A stretch of 35,254 nucleotides of DNA. It comes from Armatimonadota bacterium. Lineage in GTDB: Bacteria; Sysuimicrobiota; Sysuimicrobiia; Sysuimicrobiales; Humicultoraceae. A program made the position numbers and the translations under genes. Shown piece by piece: positions 17,280 through 27,805 of the stretch; the stretch's first letter is position 1; every line of letters begins with the position of its first letter. Under the pieces are notes generated by a model, which saw nothing but the letters and a program-made list of their open reading frames with translations, was not told where the DNA came from and ran no database searches. Location: positions 1 to 35,254 of the forward strand of contig JBQTJP010000052.1 of NCBI GenBank assembly GCA_052386995.1, read 5' to 3'.

Positions 17280-18647
17280 ATGCTGCGGCGAGACGACGAG
17301 ATCACCCTGACGATCGACCGTATGGCGTATGGGGGGCGAGGTGTGGCCCGCGTCGACGGGCTGGTCGTGTTCGTCACCGGCGCCGCGCCGGGCGACGTCA
17401 TGCGCGCGCGCGTGGGCCGGGTGCGGCGATCCTATGCCGAGGCAGAGGGCGTGGCCGTGGAGGCGGCATCGGCCGACCGTGTGGCTCCGCGCTGCCCCCA
17501 CTTCGGTCCGTGCGGGGGGTGCGTCTGGCAGCATCTCGCGTATCCGGCGCAGGCGCGCGCCAAAGAGGTGATCGTGCGGGAAAGCCTGGCGCACCTGGGC
17601 GGCATGCGAGAGGCCACCGTCAAGCCGATCATTCAGGCTCCCGATCCCTGGTACTACCGCAACAAAATGGAGTTCTCGTTTCACCCGGCCGGCACGCTTG
17701 GCCTTCATGAGCGCGGCGCGTGGAATCGCATCGTGCCGATCGAAGTGTGCTTTCTGCAGTCCGAAGAGTCCGCAAGCCTCGTGCGTGCCGTGCGCGCGTT
17801 TGCTCGCTCCACCGGCCTGCCGCCGTATGATCCGCAGACCCACGCGGGGTTCTTGCGCTCGCTGGTCATCCGCGAAAGTCGCGCGACGGGCGATCGCCTG
17901 GTCGGGCTCGTCACCGGTGAGGGCTCGTTTCCACAGGCCCCGGGCTTCGTCGCCGCCGTGCGCGCCGCCGCACGGGTGACGGGCATCGTGCGGGCCATCG
18001 CTCCCGGCGCATCGGACGGCGCTCCGATCACCCGGATCGAGCCGCTGGACGGACGGCCTCATCTAGACGACGAGGTGGCCGGCCTTCGGTTCCGGATCGG
18101 ACTCGACACGTTCTTTCAGACGAACACCGCCCAGGCCACGCGGATGGTCGACTACGTCACGGGACGCAGCGAACCGCTGCACGGCCGCGCGGTGATCGAT
18201 CTGTACTGCGGCGTCGGAACGTTCTCGCTCGCTCTTGCGAGGGCCGGTGCGCGGGTGACAGGGGTCGAGCTCCTCCCATCGTCGGTGGAGGCGGCCCTGG
18301 AGAGCGCGCGCTTGAACGGTCTGGACAACGTCCGGTTCACCGCGGGCGACGTACGAGTGGTGCTGCCCGCGCTCGTGAGCCAGGACGGAACGCCCGATGT
18401 TCTCGTCCTCGATCCACCGCGCGCAGGCGCCGGCGGCCGGGTGATGCGCAAGATCGGCCGCAGCGGGCCGCGTCGGGTCGTCTACGTCTCCTGCAATCCG
18501 ACCACGCTGGCCCCCGATATTGGCGAGCTGCTGCCGTTTAGATATCGGCTGGTCGACGTGCAACCGTTCGATCTGTTTCCGCAGACCTACCATGTCGAGG
18601 CCATCGCGGTTCTAGACAGACGTGAGCATGAGGAGGAGGCCACGTGA
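17280..18647 (+). CDS. rlmD: 23S rRNA (uracil-C5)-methyltransferase RlmD/RlmCD
   Basis: N-terminal TRAM domain, 4Fe-4S motif CPHFGPCGGC, YRNKMEF, FFQTN, DLYCGVG, LDPPRAG, YVSCNPTTLA, DLFPQTYHVE. RBS GGAGG. Confidence 0.95.
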   Translation: MLRRDDEITLTIDRMAYGGRGVARVDGLVVFVTGAAPGDVMRARVGRVRRSYAEAEGVAVEAASADRVAPRCPHFGPCGGCVWQHLAYPAQARAKEVIVRESLAHLGGMREATVKPIIQAPDPWYYRNKMEFSFHPAGTLGLHERGAWNRIVPIEVCFLQSEESASLVRAVRAFARSTGLPPYDPQTHAGFLRSLVIRESRATGDRLVGLVTGEGSFPQAPGFVAAVRAAARVTGIVRAIAPGASDGAPITRIEPLDGRPHLDDEVAGLRFRIGLDTFFQTNTAQATRMVDYVTGRSEPLHGRAVIDLYCGVGTFSLALARAGARVTGVELLPSSVEAALESARLNGLDNVRFTAGDVRVVLPALVSQDGTPDVLVLDPPRAGAGGRVMRKIGRSGPRRVVYVSCNPTTLAPDIGELLPFRYRLVDVQPFDLFPQTYHVEAIAVLDRREHEEEAT

Positions 18648-19204
18648 GCATTCTCGACGTCATCAAATCGCGCCGCAGCGTGCCCAAGCTGCGTTCCGAT
18701 CCGGTGCCCCGTGAGGTGCTGGAAGAGATGCTCGACGCGGCGGTGTGGGCGCCCAACCACCGGCTCACCGAGCCGTGGCGGTTCTACGTGCTGACCGGGG
18801 ATGCCAAGCAACGGTTTGCCGAAATCCGGAGACGTTTTCGCGCGGCCACCTTTCCCAATCCGGAGGCGCCGGAGGCTATCAAAGCCCTCGATCGACTCTC
18901 TCAAGATACCATTGCGACGCCGGCGCTGGTCGCGGCCACGGTTCATCAGGCCGCCGATGAGGAAGTACGCGAAGAGGATACTGCCGCCACCTTCATCGCA
19001 CTGCAGAACCTGATGCTGGTCGCGGCCGAGCGCGGTCTAGGCACCTACATGCGCACAGGCGCGCTCCTGCGCGATCCGGAGCTGCGGGCGCTCTTGGGCG
19101 TGGAGGATGACCGTCGCGTGCTGGCGATCGTCTATGTCGGGTATCCGGACCAGATGCCGCAAAAGCGCCGAACGCCGGCGGTCGAGCGCACTGTCTGGCT
19201 CTAG
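18644..19204 (+). CDS. Nitroreductase family protein (YdjA-like)
   Basis: IKSRRSV, AVWAPNHRLTEPWRF, QNLMLVAAERGLG, VYVGYP. GTGA overlap with rlmD. Confidence 0.92.
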   Translation: MSILDVIKSRRSVPKLRSDPVPREVLEEMLDAAVWAPNHRLTEPWRFYVLTGDAKQRFAEIRRRFRAATFPNPEAPEAIKALDRLSQDTIATPALVAATVHQAADEEVREEDTAATFIALQNLMLVAAERGLGTYMRTGALLRDPELRALLGVEDDRRVLAIVYVGYPDQMPQKRRTPAVERTVWL

Positions 19205-19209
19205 ACTCT

Positions 19210-19758
19210 TTACGGCGCCGGCATGCGCACGGTCCACGCGCGGTAGAAATCCTCGTCGCTGCTGAGCTTTCTCAACCAGCGTTCGATATCCGGAATCCCG
19301 GCCGACACGGTGGCGACGACCTTTCCGTTGGGCTTGACGGCGCGGACCGTGATGATGTCGAGGGCGAGGCGGGAGCTCGTGCCGGCGCCGAGAATCCGAG
19401 CAATCTCAGGCCGAAGCGCGTCGAAACCTCCTGAAATCGCCGTCTGATACACGATGTCTGCGCGGCGCGCGCCGCCTGTCTTTCTTCGGTCGGTAATCGC
19501 CAGGGCGGTGACCTTGACCCCTTGGCCCTCGAGTAACTTACGGTAGCCCTGCGCAAGTTCGCGGTCCAGCTCGGGTTCCGCGGTCGGCAGGCTCGAGGGC
19601 ACGGTCGGCTCGCTACGAGGGGAGCCCGCGGGCGCCGGGGTGGAGGGTGCCGGTGCCACGGCCTGCGGCGGGGTGTTCGGTGGGGGCGCGCGGCGAACGA
19701 CGGTGAACAGTGCTACGGCCAGTCCGGCGGCAACGAGGAGCCATACCCAGCGGGGCAT
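19210..19758 (-). CDS. Membrane-anchored hypothetical protein
   Basis: N-terminal TM (MPRWVWLLVAAGLAVALFTVV), Pro-rich linker, globular C-terminus. Start ATG 19758 or GTG 19776. Confidence 0.65.
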   Translation of the reverse strand: MPRWVWLLVAAGLAVALFTVVRRAPPPNTPPQAVAPAPSTPAPAGSPRSEPTVPSSLPTAEPELDRELAQGYRKLLEGQGVKVTALAITDRRKTGGARRADIVYQTAISGGFDALRPEIARILGAGTSSRLALDIITVRAVKPNGKVVATVSAGIPDIERWLRKLSSDEDFYRAWTVRMPAP

Positions 19759-19887
19759 GATGACTGTGTTCGACACACGCCGCGGCGCTTCCTCATGGCG
19801 TTCGCAGAGAATAGACGATCCAGACTCGCGCCTCCGGGAGGAGGCCCCCGGCGCGGGGCGAACCCAATCTCTTCTGGGAGGCCTAAG

Positions 19888-20883
19888 ATGGCGCGTCCTC
19901 GTGTCTACGTAGCCCGGCGCCTGCCGGACGCGGCGCTCGTCCAGCTGCGCGGGCAGGCCGAGATCACCGTGTGGGGGACCGACGAGTTGCCCCCACCGCG
20001 GGACGTCCTGCTACGCGAGGCCGCGCCCGCCGACGGCCTGATCTCGCTGCTGACCGATCGCGTCGACGGTGCGCTCCTCGACGCGGCGCCCCGCCTCCGC
20101 GTTGTCAGCAACTACGCCGTCGGATACGACAACGTCGACGTCGAAGCCGCGACCGCGCGCGGGGTGGTGGTGACCAATACGCCCGGGGTGCTGACCGAGA
20201 CGGTCGCGGATTTCACGATGACGCTGATTCTGGCAGCCGCCCGCCGGTTAGTCGAGGCCGATAAATACACCCGCGCTGGGCGGTGGAAGAGCTGGGAGCC
20301 GATGCTCTTCCTCGGTCAGGACATCCACGGCGCCACGCTTGGCCTGGTGGGCTTGGGCCGCATTGGTGCGGCGGTGGCGCGCCGGGCGCGGGGCTTTAAC
20401 ATGCGGATTCTGTACTACGACGTCATTCGGCGCGAGGACCTCGAGGGCGAACTCGGCCTGGAGTACACGGCGATGGGGGACGTGCTGCGGCGGGCGGATG
20501 TCGTCAGCGTACATACACCACTGACGCCGCAGACGCGGCACCTCATCGGCGCACCGCAACTGCGCTTGATGAAGAAGACCGCGGTGCTAGTCAATACCGC
20601 CCGCGGTCCGATTGTCGATCCCGATGCGCTCCACCAGGCTCTGGCCTCCGGGCAGATCGCCGGCGCCGGGCTGGACGTGTTCGAGGTCGAGCCCGTGCCA
20701 CGTGACCACCCGCTGCTCTCGCTCGACAACATCATCGTCGCGCCGCACATTGCGAGCGCGAGTGTCGATACGCGCACGAAGATGGCGCAGATGGCGGTCG
20801 AGAACCTGTTGGCCGCGCTGGCCGGCCAGCGGCCGCCGAATTTCGTGAACCCCGAAGTATGGGAACGGAGGCGAGGTGCATGA
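19888..20883 (+). CDS. gyaR: Glyoxylate reductase / D-glycerate dehydrogenase (D-2-hydroxyacid dehydrogenase)
   Basis: NYAVGYDNVD, TNTPGVLTETVAD, GLVGLGRIG, VNTARG, LDVFEVEP, PHIASAS. ATG 19888 after GGGAGG. Confidence 0.9.
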   Translation: MARPRVYVARRLPDAALVQLRGQAEITVWGTDELPPPRDVLLREAAPADGLISLLTDRVDGALLDAAPRLRVVSNYAVGYDNVDVEAATARGVVVTNTPGVLTETVADFTMTLILAAARRLVEADKYTRAGRWKSWEPMLFLGQDIHGATLGLVGLGRIGAAVARRARGFNMRILYYDVIRREDLEGELGLEYTAMGDVLRRADVVSVHTPLTPQTRHLIGAPQLRLMKKTAVLVNTARGPIVDPDALHQALASGQIAGAGLDVFEVEPVPRDHPLLSLDNIIVAPHIASASVDTRTKMAQMAVENLLAALAGQRPPNFVNPEVWERRRGA

Positions 20884-21725
20884 AGAGAAACACGTGGCTC
20901 GCGATCGTGATCATCATCGCGGCTACCGTTGTCGCCCTGTACGTGCGAGCGGGTGGCCAGCGGCGGACGGCCGCGCCGCCGGCGGCGCCGACGACGGCTG
21001 CCCCCGGGGCGGCGGCGGTGCCCGACCTGGGCGGTCGGGAGATCAAGATTGGCAGCGACACGACGTATCCGCCGTTTGAGATCGTGGATGCGCAGAAAAA
21101 CATCGTGGGCTTCGACCCTGACCTGATGGCAGAGATCTGCCGCCGCGCGAACTGTAAGGCCACGTTTGTGAGCACCGCCTGGGACGGCATCTTCGTGGCG
21201 CTGGCGCAGGGGCAGTTCGACGCCGTGGTCTCCGGCGTGACGATCAGCGATGAGCGGCGCAAGACCGTGGACTTCAGCGAGCCGTATCTGCGCTACGGTC
21301 AGGTCGTGCTCGTGCGCACGGAGGAGACGGCGATCACCGGCGTGGACACGCTGAGGGGGAAGACCGTCGGCGTTCAGACCGGAACGACGAACGACGAGAA
21401 GGCCACGGCCCTGCAGAAGGAAGGGAAAGTGGGCGACGTGAAGCGCTACGAAACGTTCGCCCTGGCGGTAAAGGCGCTGATCAACAAAGATCTCGATGCC
21501 GTCATCATCGACGGTCCCGCCGGCGACGGTCATATGGCGGTCAATCCCGGCACACTGAAGAAGGTCGGGGAGCCATTCACCAGTGAGGCGTTGGGGATCG
21601 CGATCAAACAAGGCGAGACCGGGCTCAAGACGGCGTTCGATGCGGCGCTCGCCCAGATGAAGAGCGACGGCACGATCGATCGCCTCTACCAGAAGTGGTT
21701 CGTGGAGAATCCTCCGGGCAAGTAG
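20880..21725 (+). CDS. Polar amino acid ABC transporter substrate-binding protein (family 3)
   Basis: N-terminal TM/signal; SDTTYPPFE, GFDPDL, WDGIF, TISDERRKTVDFSEPY, GVQTGTT. ATGA overlap with gyaR. Confidence 0.93.
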   Translation: MKRNTWLAIVIIIAATVVALYVRAGGQRRTAAPPAAPTTAAPGAAAVPDLGGREIKIGSDTTYPPFEIVDAQKNIVGFDPDLMAEICRRANCKATFVSTAWDGIFVALAQGQFDAVVSGVTISDERRKTVDFSEPYLRYGQVVLVRTEETAITGVDTLRGKTVGVQTGTTNDEKATALQKEGKVGDVKRYETFALAVKALINKDLDAVIIDGPAGDGHMAVNPGTLKKVGEPFTSEALGIAIKQGETGLKTAFDAALAQMKSDGTIDRLYQKWFVENPPGK

Positions 21726-21740
21726 CCGCGCGAGTACCGC

Positions 21741-22595
21741 ATGCCAGAGCCGCAGGGCAGCCTGCCGCCCGCCGGCGCGAGCAACGCCGGAGGAGGCCGG
21801 TTGCTCCCCGCCGCCGAGCGTATCCCCTGGTGGGGTCTGATCCTGGCGATTGCTGGGATCGCCGCCGCGGTCGCGGTCGCCGGGTCCCCGCTGTACAAGG
21901 ACACGCTGGCCTTTCTCTGGGATGGGGTGCTGCTGACGTTGCACCTGACCCTCGCCGCGTACGCGCTGGCGCTGGTCATCGGGCTCATCGCCGGGTTGAT
22001 GCGGCTGTCGCGCAGGCCGGTCATCTACACGATCGCCACGCTGTACGTTGAAGTCATCCGCGGCGTCCCGCTGCTCGTGCTCTTAATCTACATTGCATTC
22101 GTCGCCGCGCCGCTCGTGTCCGGGGCGCTGGCCGCGTCCGCCCGCGCGCTTGGCCTGCCGGGAGTCGCCGACGCCATCACCGGCATCATCCGCAGCGACC
22201 TCAACCGCGCCATCATCGGGCTGGCGGTCGGGTACGGGGCCTACCTGGCCGAGATCTACCGCGCCGGCATCGAGTCGATCCCCCGCGGGCAGATGGAGGC
22301 CGCGCGCTCGATGGGGTTGACCTACGGCCAGGCGATGCGGTTCGTCATCCTGCCGCAGGCGCTCCGCGTGGTGCTGCCGCCGCTCGGCAACGACTTCATC
22401 GCTTTGCTGAAAGATTCGGCGCTGGCGTCGGCGATCGCCGTGCCCGAACTCACACAGGCCGGCCGGCTGCTCTCCTCGAGGACGTTTCGGGCGTTTGAAA
22501 CTTACAACATGGTGGCGTTGTTGTATCTGGTCATGACGCTGCTGGGATCGGTCGGCGTGCGCGCCCTCGAGCGATGGGCGAAGACCGGCCGCTAG
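21741..22595 (+). CDS. Polar amino acid ABC transporter permease (HisM/GlnP family)
   Basis: YVEVIRGVPLLV, AYLAEIYRAGIESIPRGQMEAARSMG (EAA loop), ILPQA, LLKDSAL. Confidence 0.95.
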   Translation: MPEPQGSLPPAGASNAGGGRLLPAAERIPWWGLILAIAGIAAAVAVAGSPLYKDTLAFLWDGVLLTLHLTLAAYALALVIGLIAGLMRLSRRPVIYTIATLYVEVIRGVPLLVLLIYIAFVAAPLVSGALAASARALGLPGVADAITGIIRSDLNRAIIGLAVGYGAYLAEIYRAGIESIPRGQMEAARSMGLTYGQAMRFVILPQALRVVLPPLGNDFIALLKDSALASAIAVPELTQAGRLLSSRTFRAFETYNMVALLYLVMTLLGSVGVRALERWAKTGR

Positions 22596-22619
22596 GGCGA
22601 TTCCTCAACCGCGAAAGGC

Positions 22620-22649
22620 TTGCCGCCCTGGCAGGGTCGTACCTATGAT
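22620..22649 (+). promoter_or_regulatory. Sigma70-type promoter of the trehalose operon
   Basis: TTGCCG (22620-22625), 18 nt spacer, TATGAT (22644-22649). Same -35 hexamer as the tRNA promoter. Confidence 0.55.
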
Positions 22650-22696
22650 GAAAGCCGCTACCACGATGACCTGACAGTGTCTCAAGGGGCGGTTCT

Positions 22697-24202
22697 GTGT
22701 GGACAAAGAGCGCACTTCACAAGTTGATCCAGACCAGCCTGAGAGACCATCAGTTGGTCGTCGTGGCTAACCGCGAGCCGTACATCCACCGGTACACTGG
22801 AGAACACATCGAATGCGTTCTCCCCGCCAGCGGGATGGCCACCGCGCTTGACCCGATCGTTCGCGCCTGGGGCGGCGTCTGGGTGGCTCACGGCAGCGGC
22901 GATGCAGACCGCGAAACGGTCGATGAGCGGGATCATGTTCAGGTGCCGCCGCACGATCCCCGCTACACTCTTCGGCGGGTTTGGTTGACAGAGGATCAGG
23001 AAGAAGGCTACTACTACGGTCTGGCTAACGAAGCGTTGTGGCCATTGTGTCATATCACCTTCACGCGACCGGTTTTCAATCGGCAAGATTGGCACACCTA
23101 CCGGCAGGTCAACAGCCAATTCGCCGAAGTGGTTCTGCAGGAAGCCGGAGACAAACCAACCTTCGTGTTCATCCAAGACTATCACTTCGCGCTGTTGCCT
23201 CGCCTGTTGAAAGACGCAAATCCCAATTTGATTGTGGCGCACTTCTGGCACATCCCCTGGCCGAACCGGCAGACATTTCGAGCGTTTCCCTGGAAAGAAG
23301 AACTACTCGACGGACTGCTTGGCAATGATTTGATTGGGTTCCATCTTCGCTCGCATTGCCAGAACTTCTTGGATACCATCGACCGCGTTATCGAGGCGAA
23401 AGTTGATCAAGAACGCTTTGAGGTTACCCGAGGCGGAAGAGCGACTGTCGTCAGGCCTTTCCCGATCAGCATCGATTTTGACCAGCACGCGGCGACCGCG
23501 AGAAGCCAGCGCGTTGAATCGTATATGGATGACTGGCGCGCCAGGCTGGGCTTGCGAGACGAGTTCGTGGGGATCGGTATCGACCGCATCGACTACACGA
23601 AGGGAATCCCTGAACGATTACGCGCGCTCGATCACTTCTTGGAAAAGAATCCAACGTACGGCGGGAAGCTCGTGTTTGTGCAGATCGGCGTGCCCAGCCG
23701 CTCACGCATTCTGTCGTACAGGGTGCTGAACGACGAGATCGACCGGCTCGTCGATGAGATCAATCAGAGGTGGAGCGAAGGCTCGTGGCGGCCGATCATC
23801 TTTCTCAAGCAGCATCACGACCAACTTCAACTCATGGCCCTCCATCGGCTGGCGCATTTCTGCGTGGTCAGCGCCCTTCACGACGGGCAGAATCTGGTTG
23901 CGAAAGAGTACGTCAGCAGCCGGTTCGATGAAGACGGAACGCTAGTTTTGAGTCACTTCACGGGCGCGGCCCGTGAGCTGACCGACGCGCTCCTGGTGAA
24001 TCCCTTTGCCGTTGAAGAGATTGCCGAAGCCATTCGACAGGCATTGGAGATGCCGCCAGCCGAACGGCGGAAGCGGATGGTGAAGATGCGCAAGGCGGTT
24101 TCCGACAACAACGTGTACCGTTGGGCGGGGAAGGTCGTTTCCGCCCTCCTGAAATTCGAATTCCCGGAGGCCCTTGGAGAGGCAGAGACGATGGGTCTAT
24201 GA
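22697..24202 (+). CDS. otsA: Trehalose-6-phosphate synthase (GT20)
   Basis: VANREP, LWPLCH, FIQDYH, FWHIPWP, DRIDYTKGI, DGQNLVAKEY, LSHFTGAA, LLVNP. GTG start. Confidence 0.93.
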   Translation: MWTKSALHKLIQTSLRDHQLVVVANREPYIHRYTGEHIECVLPASGMATALDPIVRAWGGVWVAHGSGDADRETVDERDHVQVPPHDPRYTLRRVWLTEDQEEGYYYGLANEALWPLCHITFTRPVFNRQDWHTYRQVNSQFAEVVLQEAGDKPTFVFIQDYHFALLPRLLKDANPNLIVAHFWHIPWPNRQTFRAFPWKEELLDGLLGNDLIGFHLRSHCQNFLDTIDRVIEAKVDQERFEVTRGGRATVVRPFPISIDFDQHAATARSQRVESYMDDWRARLGLRDEFVGIGIDRIDYTKGIPERLRALDHFLEKNPTYGGKLVFVQIGVPSRSRILSYRVLNDEIDRLVDEINQRWSEGSWRPIIFLKQHHDQLQLMALHRLAHFCVVSALHDGQNLVAKEYVSSRFDEDGTLVLSHFTGAARELTDALLVNPFAVEEIAEAIRQALEMPPAERRKRMVKMRKAVSDNNVYRWAGKVVSALLKFEFPEALGEAETMGL

Positions 24203-24981
24203 CCCGGCCGCTTTCGGAGCATCTCCCAGTCATCCGGGGACAGCTTCGGGGAGCGCCGCACCTTTTGCTCTGCCTCGATTATGATGGCACCCTTGTGCCG
24301 ATTGTCGAGAATCCGGCTAAGGCTACGATGCCTTCCAGAACACGAAGCCTGCTGGCGGCGCTCTCGGCACGTCCGGACGTTTCGGTGATCGTCATCAGCG
24401 GACGCGCGCTCAGCGACCTGCGGTCACGCATTGATGTCGGCAGCCTAACATACGCCGGTAACCACGGGCTGGAGATCAGTGGTCCGGGGCTTCGTTTCGT
24501 TGACCCCACCGCAGTGGCGCTGAAAGCGAAGATGAAGGAGGTTGGCGCGATCTTGATTCCCAGGCTGCGGCGTGTTTCAGATGCCGTCATTGAAGATAAG
24601 GGTTTGACGATTAGTGTCCACTGCCACAGTGTCGCACCGGAGAAGGCGAAAGAGACTCGTCGGATCGTCGAAGCCACTATCACCGAGAGAAAATACCCTT
24701 TGCACATCTCAGATGGCTACGAAGCCTACGATATCCGCCCTAACGTGCGGTGGAACAAAGGCAGCGCGGTCCACTGGATCAAGGAGCGGATTGGTCACCC
24801 AGATGCGCTGACGATTTACGTGGGTGATGATCGCACCGACGAGGACGCGTTCTCGGCTGTGCGAAACGGGATTACCATTAAAGTCGGGGACCCGTCGGCG
24901 ACGGCCGCGATGTTCTACGTAGAAGGGCCCACGGAGGTTCAAGCGTTTCTGCAATGGCTCATTGGTGTGACTGTCGAGTAG
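24199..24981 (+). CDS. otsB: Trehalose-6-phosphate phosphatase (HAD IIB)
   Basis: [45 protein letters not shown] overlap with otsA. Confidence 0.9.
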   Translation: MTRPLSEHLPVIRGQLRGAPHLLLCLDYDGTLVPIVENPAKATMPSRTRSLLAALSARPDVSVIVISGRALSDLRSRIDVGSLTYAGNHGLEISGPGLRFVDPTAVALKAKMKEVGAILIPRLRRVSDAVIEDKGLTISVHCHSVAPEKAKETRRIVEATITERKYPLHISDGYEAYDIRPNVRWNKGSAVHWIKERIGHPDALTIYVGDDRTDEDAFSAVRNGITIKVGDPSATAAMFYVEGPTEVQAFLQWLIGVTVE

Positions 24982-25027
24982 GAAGCGCTATGCGCGTGCC
25001 CGCTCTTTCGACAGGGAGGTCGCGCCA

Positions 25028-26677
25028 TTGAGCGCAGTAGACCCCCTCTGGTACAAGAAGGCTGTGTTCTACGAGGTCTACGTCCGCGGCTTTTATGACA
25101 GCAGCGGCGATGGCAATGGAGACCTACGCGGTCTGATTGAAAAGCTGGACTACCTGCGGGAATTGGGGGTGGACTGCCTCTGGCTGATGCCGATTTATGC
25201 TTCACCCTTGAAGGACGACGGCTACGACATCTCGGATTTCCGAGCGATCCATCCGGCAATTGGGACAGTGGAGGATTTTCGCGCGCTGACGACGGCGGCC
25301 CATGCTCGAGGCATGCGCATCATCGCCGACCTCGTTATTAGCCACACCTCCGATCAGCATCCCTGGTTCCATGAAGCGCGCCGAGATCCTCACTCGCCCA
25401 AACGTCACTACTATGTCTGGAGCGACACCGATCAGAAATACGGAGAGGCCCGGATCATCTTTACGGACGGAGAGCAGTCCAACTGGACCTGGGACCATGT
25501 GGCGCGGCAGTATTACTGGCACCGCTTCTTTCATCATCAGCCCGACCTTAACTATGACAACCCGGACGTCCGCCGGGAGATCCTCGACGTCATGGCCTTC
25601 TGGCTGGACCACGGCATCGACGGCTTCCGCGTGGATGCCGTGCCGTACCTGTTCGAGCGTGAGGGTACGAACTGCGAGAACCTGCAGGAAACCCACGGGT
25701 TCTGCAAGGACATGCGGCGTTTTGTCGACGAGCGCTGGCCGGGGGCGATCCTTCTGGCCGAGGCCAACCAGTGGCCAAGCGAGCTTTCGGCCTACTTTGG
25801 AATGGGGGACGAGTTCCACATGGCGTTCAATTTCCCTCTGATGCCCCGTATGTTCATGGCCATCAGGCGCGAAGAGTGTTGGCCTATCGTGGACATCATG
25901 GACCATATGCCCGTGATCCCTCCAGCCAGTCAGTGGGCGCTGTTTCTGCGCAACCATGACGAATTGACGCTCGAGATGGTCACCGATGAAGAGCGGGACT
26001 ACATGTACATGGAGTATGCCAAAGATCCACGCATGCGACTGAATGCGGGGATCCGTCGCCGCCTGGCACCGCTGATGGAGAACGGCCGGCGGCAGATCGA
26101 GCTCCTTCACAGCCTGCTCTTCACGCTGCCGGGCAGCCCGATCCTCTACTACGGCGACGAAATCGGCATGGGTGATAACATCTATCTGGGCGACCGGAAT
26201 GGCGTACGTACGCCGATGCAGTGGACGGGCGACCGGAATGCTGGGTTCTCTCGCGCCGATCCATCGCAGCTCTACCAGCCGTTGATTCTCGATCCAATTT
26301 ACAACTACCAGGCGATCAATGTCGAAGCCCAGCTCCGTTCGCCGACCTCCTTTCTGAACTGGCTCCGACGGCTGATACGCGTTCGCAAAGAGTATCCTGT
26401 CTTCGCGCTGGGGACGCTCAAGTTCGTCCCTTGTAAGAACCACCGGACAGTCGCCTATGTCAGGGAGTACGCGGGGCAGGTCGTGTTGATCGTCAACAAC
26501 CTCTCACGGTTCGCCCAGCCTGCTGAACTCGACCTGAGAGCCTATCAGGGGATGGTTCCCGTTGAATTGATCGGCAACAACTCGTTCCCACGAATTGGAG
26601 AGCGGCCTTATTTTGTCACTCTCAGCCCTCATGCCTTTCTTTGGTTTCGGTTAGACCGAGCAGAAGGCGGACGATAG
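25028..26677 (+). CDS. treS: Trehalose synthase / maltose alpha-D-glucosyltransferase (GH13)
   Basis: [62 protein letters not shown] start after GGGAGG; no C-terminal maltokinase fusion. Confidence 0.95.
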   Translation: MSAVDPLWYKKAVFYEVYVRGFYDSSGDGNGDLRGLIEKLDYLRELGVDCLWLMPIYASPLKDDGYDISDFRAIHPAIGTVEDFRALTTAAHARGMRIIADLVISHTSDQHPWFHEARRDPHSPKRHYYVWSDTDQKYGEARIIFTDGEQSNWTWDHVARQYYWHRFFHHQPDLNYDNPDVRREILDVMAFWLDHGIDGFRVDAVPYLFEREGTNCENLQETHGFCKDMRRFVDERWPGAILLAEANQWPSELSAYFGMGDEFHMAFNFPLMPRMFMAIRREECWPIVDIMDHMPVIPPASQWALFLRNHDELTLEMVTDEERDYMYMEYAKDPRMRLNAGIRRRLAPLMENGRRQIELLHSLLFTLPGSPILYYGDEIGMGDNIYLGDRNGVRTPMQWTGDRNAGFSRADPSQLYQPLILDPIYNYQAINVEAQLRSPTSFLNWLRRLIRVRKEYPVFALGTLKFVPCKNHRTVAYVREYAGQVVLIVNNLSRFAQPAELDLRAYQGMVPVELIGNNSFPRIGERPYFVTLSPHAFLWFRLDRAEGGR

Positions 26678-26696
26678 TGTCGAGCACCAGCGCAGG

Positions 26697-27734
26697 ATGG
26701 CTCAGGGCCGAGGGCTAGCGCTCGTTCTTAGAGATCTGCTGCCGCCGGCCGGGCTGCGCGTGTTGCTGCCGGTGCAGACCCTGATTGAATTGGCGGCGCT
26801 TGCCGACCGCCTTGGGTACCACAGCATCTGGATTCCTGAAGGCCGCGGGCGTGAGCTCTTCACTACACTCGGCGCGATGGGCCGCGCGACGGACCGGCTG
26901 CGCCTCGCCAGCGGCATCCTCACGATCTACTCACGGCCTCCGGCGCTCGCGGCCATGGCCGCGGCGACGCTGGCCGACCTGACGGGCGGGCGGTTCATGC
27001 TGGGGTTGGGAGTCGGTCATCCCGACGTGATCGAGGCCGGCTACGGCGTTCCCTATCGGCGGCCGCTGGCCGCGATGCGCGAGTACGTCGACATCGTGCG
27101 GCGCATTCTCGACGGAACGAAGGTGGCGTTCTATGGGAAAGTGTTTCGAGTCACCGACTTCCAGCTCGAATCCAGGCCGTCGCACCCCGTGCCGATCTGC
27201 CTTGCGGCCCTTGGCGAGGGGATGCTCCGCCTGGCCGGTGAAATCGGCGATGGGGTCGTGCTCAACTGGATGCCGCCCGAACGCGTGCGGTGGGCGGCGC
27301 AGATCGTCCGCGACGCGGCCGCAGACGCAGGCCGCGATCCGGCCTCCGTGACAGTGGTCTGCTACGTGCGCGCGGCGGTGGCCGACGATCCGCGCGCGGC
27401 ATGGACTGTGATGCGGCGTCTGCTGGCCGCCTACATCGAGATGCCTGCGTACGCCCGGATGTTTCGGGACGCGGGGTTTGCCGCGGAGGTCTCAGCGATC
27501 AGGGGCGCGTGGGCGGCCTCGGGGGTCGGCGCGGCCGCCGCGACAGTGCCGCAGGACTTCATCGAACGCCTGGCGGTCGTCGGCCCGGCGGAGGCGTGCC
27601 GCGCAGGACTCTCGCACTACCTTCACGCGGGCGCGGATGTGGTCGTCGCCTATCCGTTCCCCGTCGGCGCTGACGGAGCGTCGTCATTGCGCGTGACGAT
27701 CGAGGCCCTCGCTACTGCGCGACCGTCCCTCTAA
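26697..27734 (+). CDS. LLM-class (luciferase-like) flavin/F420-dependent oxidoreductase
   Basis: ADRLGYHSIWIPE, LRLASGIL, GGRFMLGLGVG, PICLAALGEGMLRLAGEIGDGV. Confidence 0.9.
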   Translation: MAQGRGLALVLRDLLPPAGLRVLLPVQTLIELAALADRLGYHSIWIPEGRGRELFTTLGAMGRATDRLRLASGILTIYSRPPALAAMAAATLADLTGGRFMLGLGVGHPDVIEAGYGVPYRRPLAAMREYVDIVRRILDGTKVAFYGKVFRVTDFQLESRPSHPVPICLAALGEGMLRLAGEIGDGVVLNWMPPERVRWAAQIVRDAAADAGRDPASVTVVCYVRAAVADDPRAAWTVMRRLLAAYIEMPAYARMFRDAGFAAEVSAIRGAWAASGVGAAAATVPQDFIERLAVVGPAEACRAGLSHYLHAGADVVVAYPFPVGADGASSLRVTIEALATARPSL

Positions 27735-27805
27735 CGAGAGCGCCACGGGAATCTGTTGCCTGCCGGGAATAAAACCACGCGAAGCGTGCGCTGATCTCCC
27801 TGGGG

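Noticed and set aside
20415..21944. 509-aa minus-strand ORF, and similar long antisense ORFs (5183-6172, 8155-9447, 9881-10993, 16887-18062, 25202-26443, 32446-33492)
   Set aside because: Shadow ORFs opposite well-supported genes. They are expected in high-GC DNA and contain no recognisable motifs.
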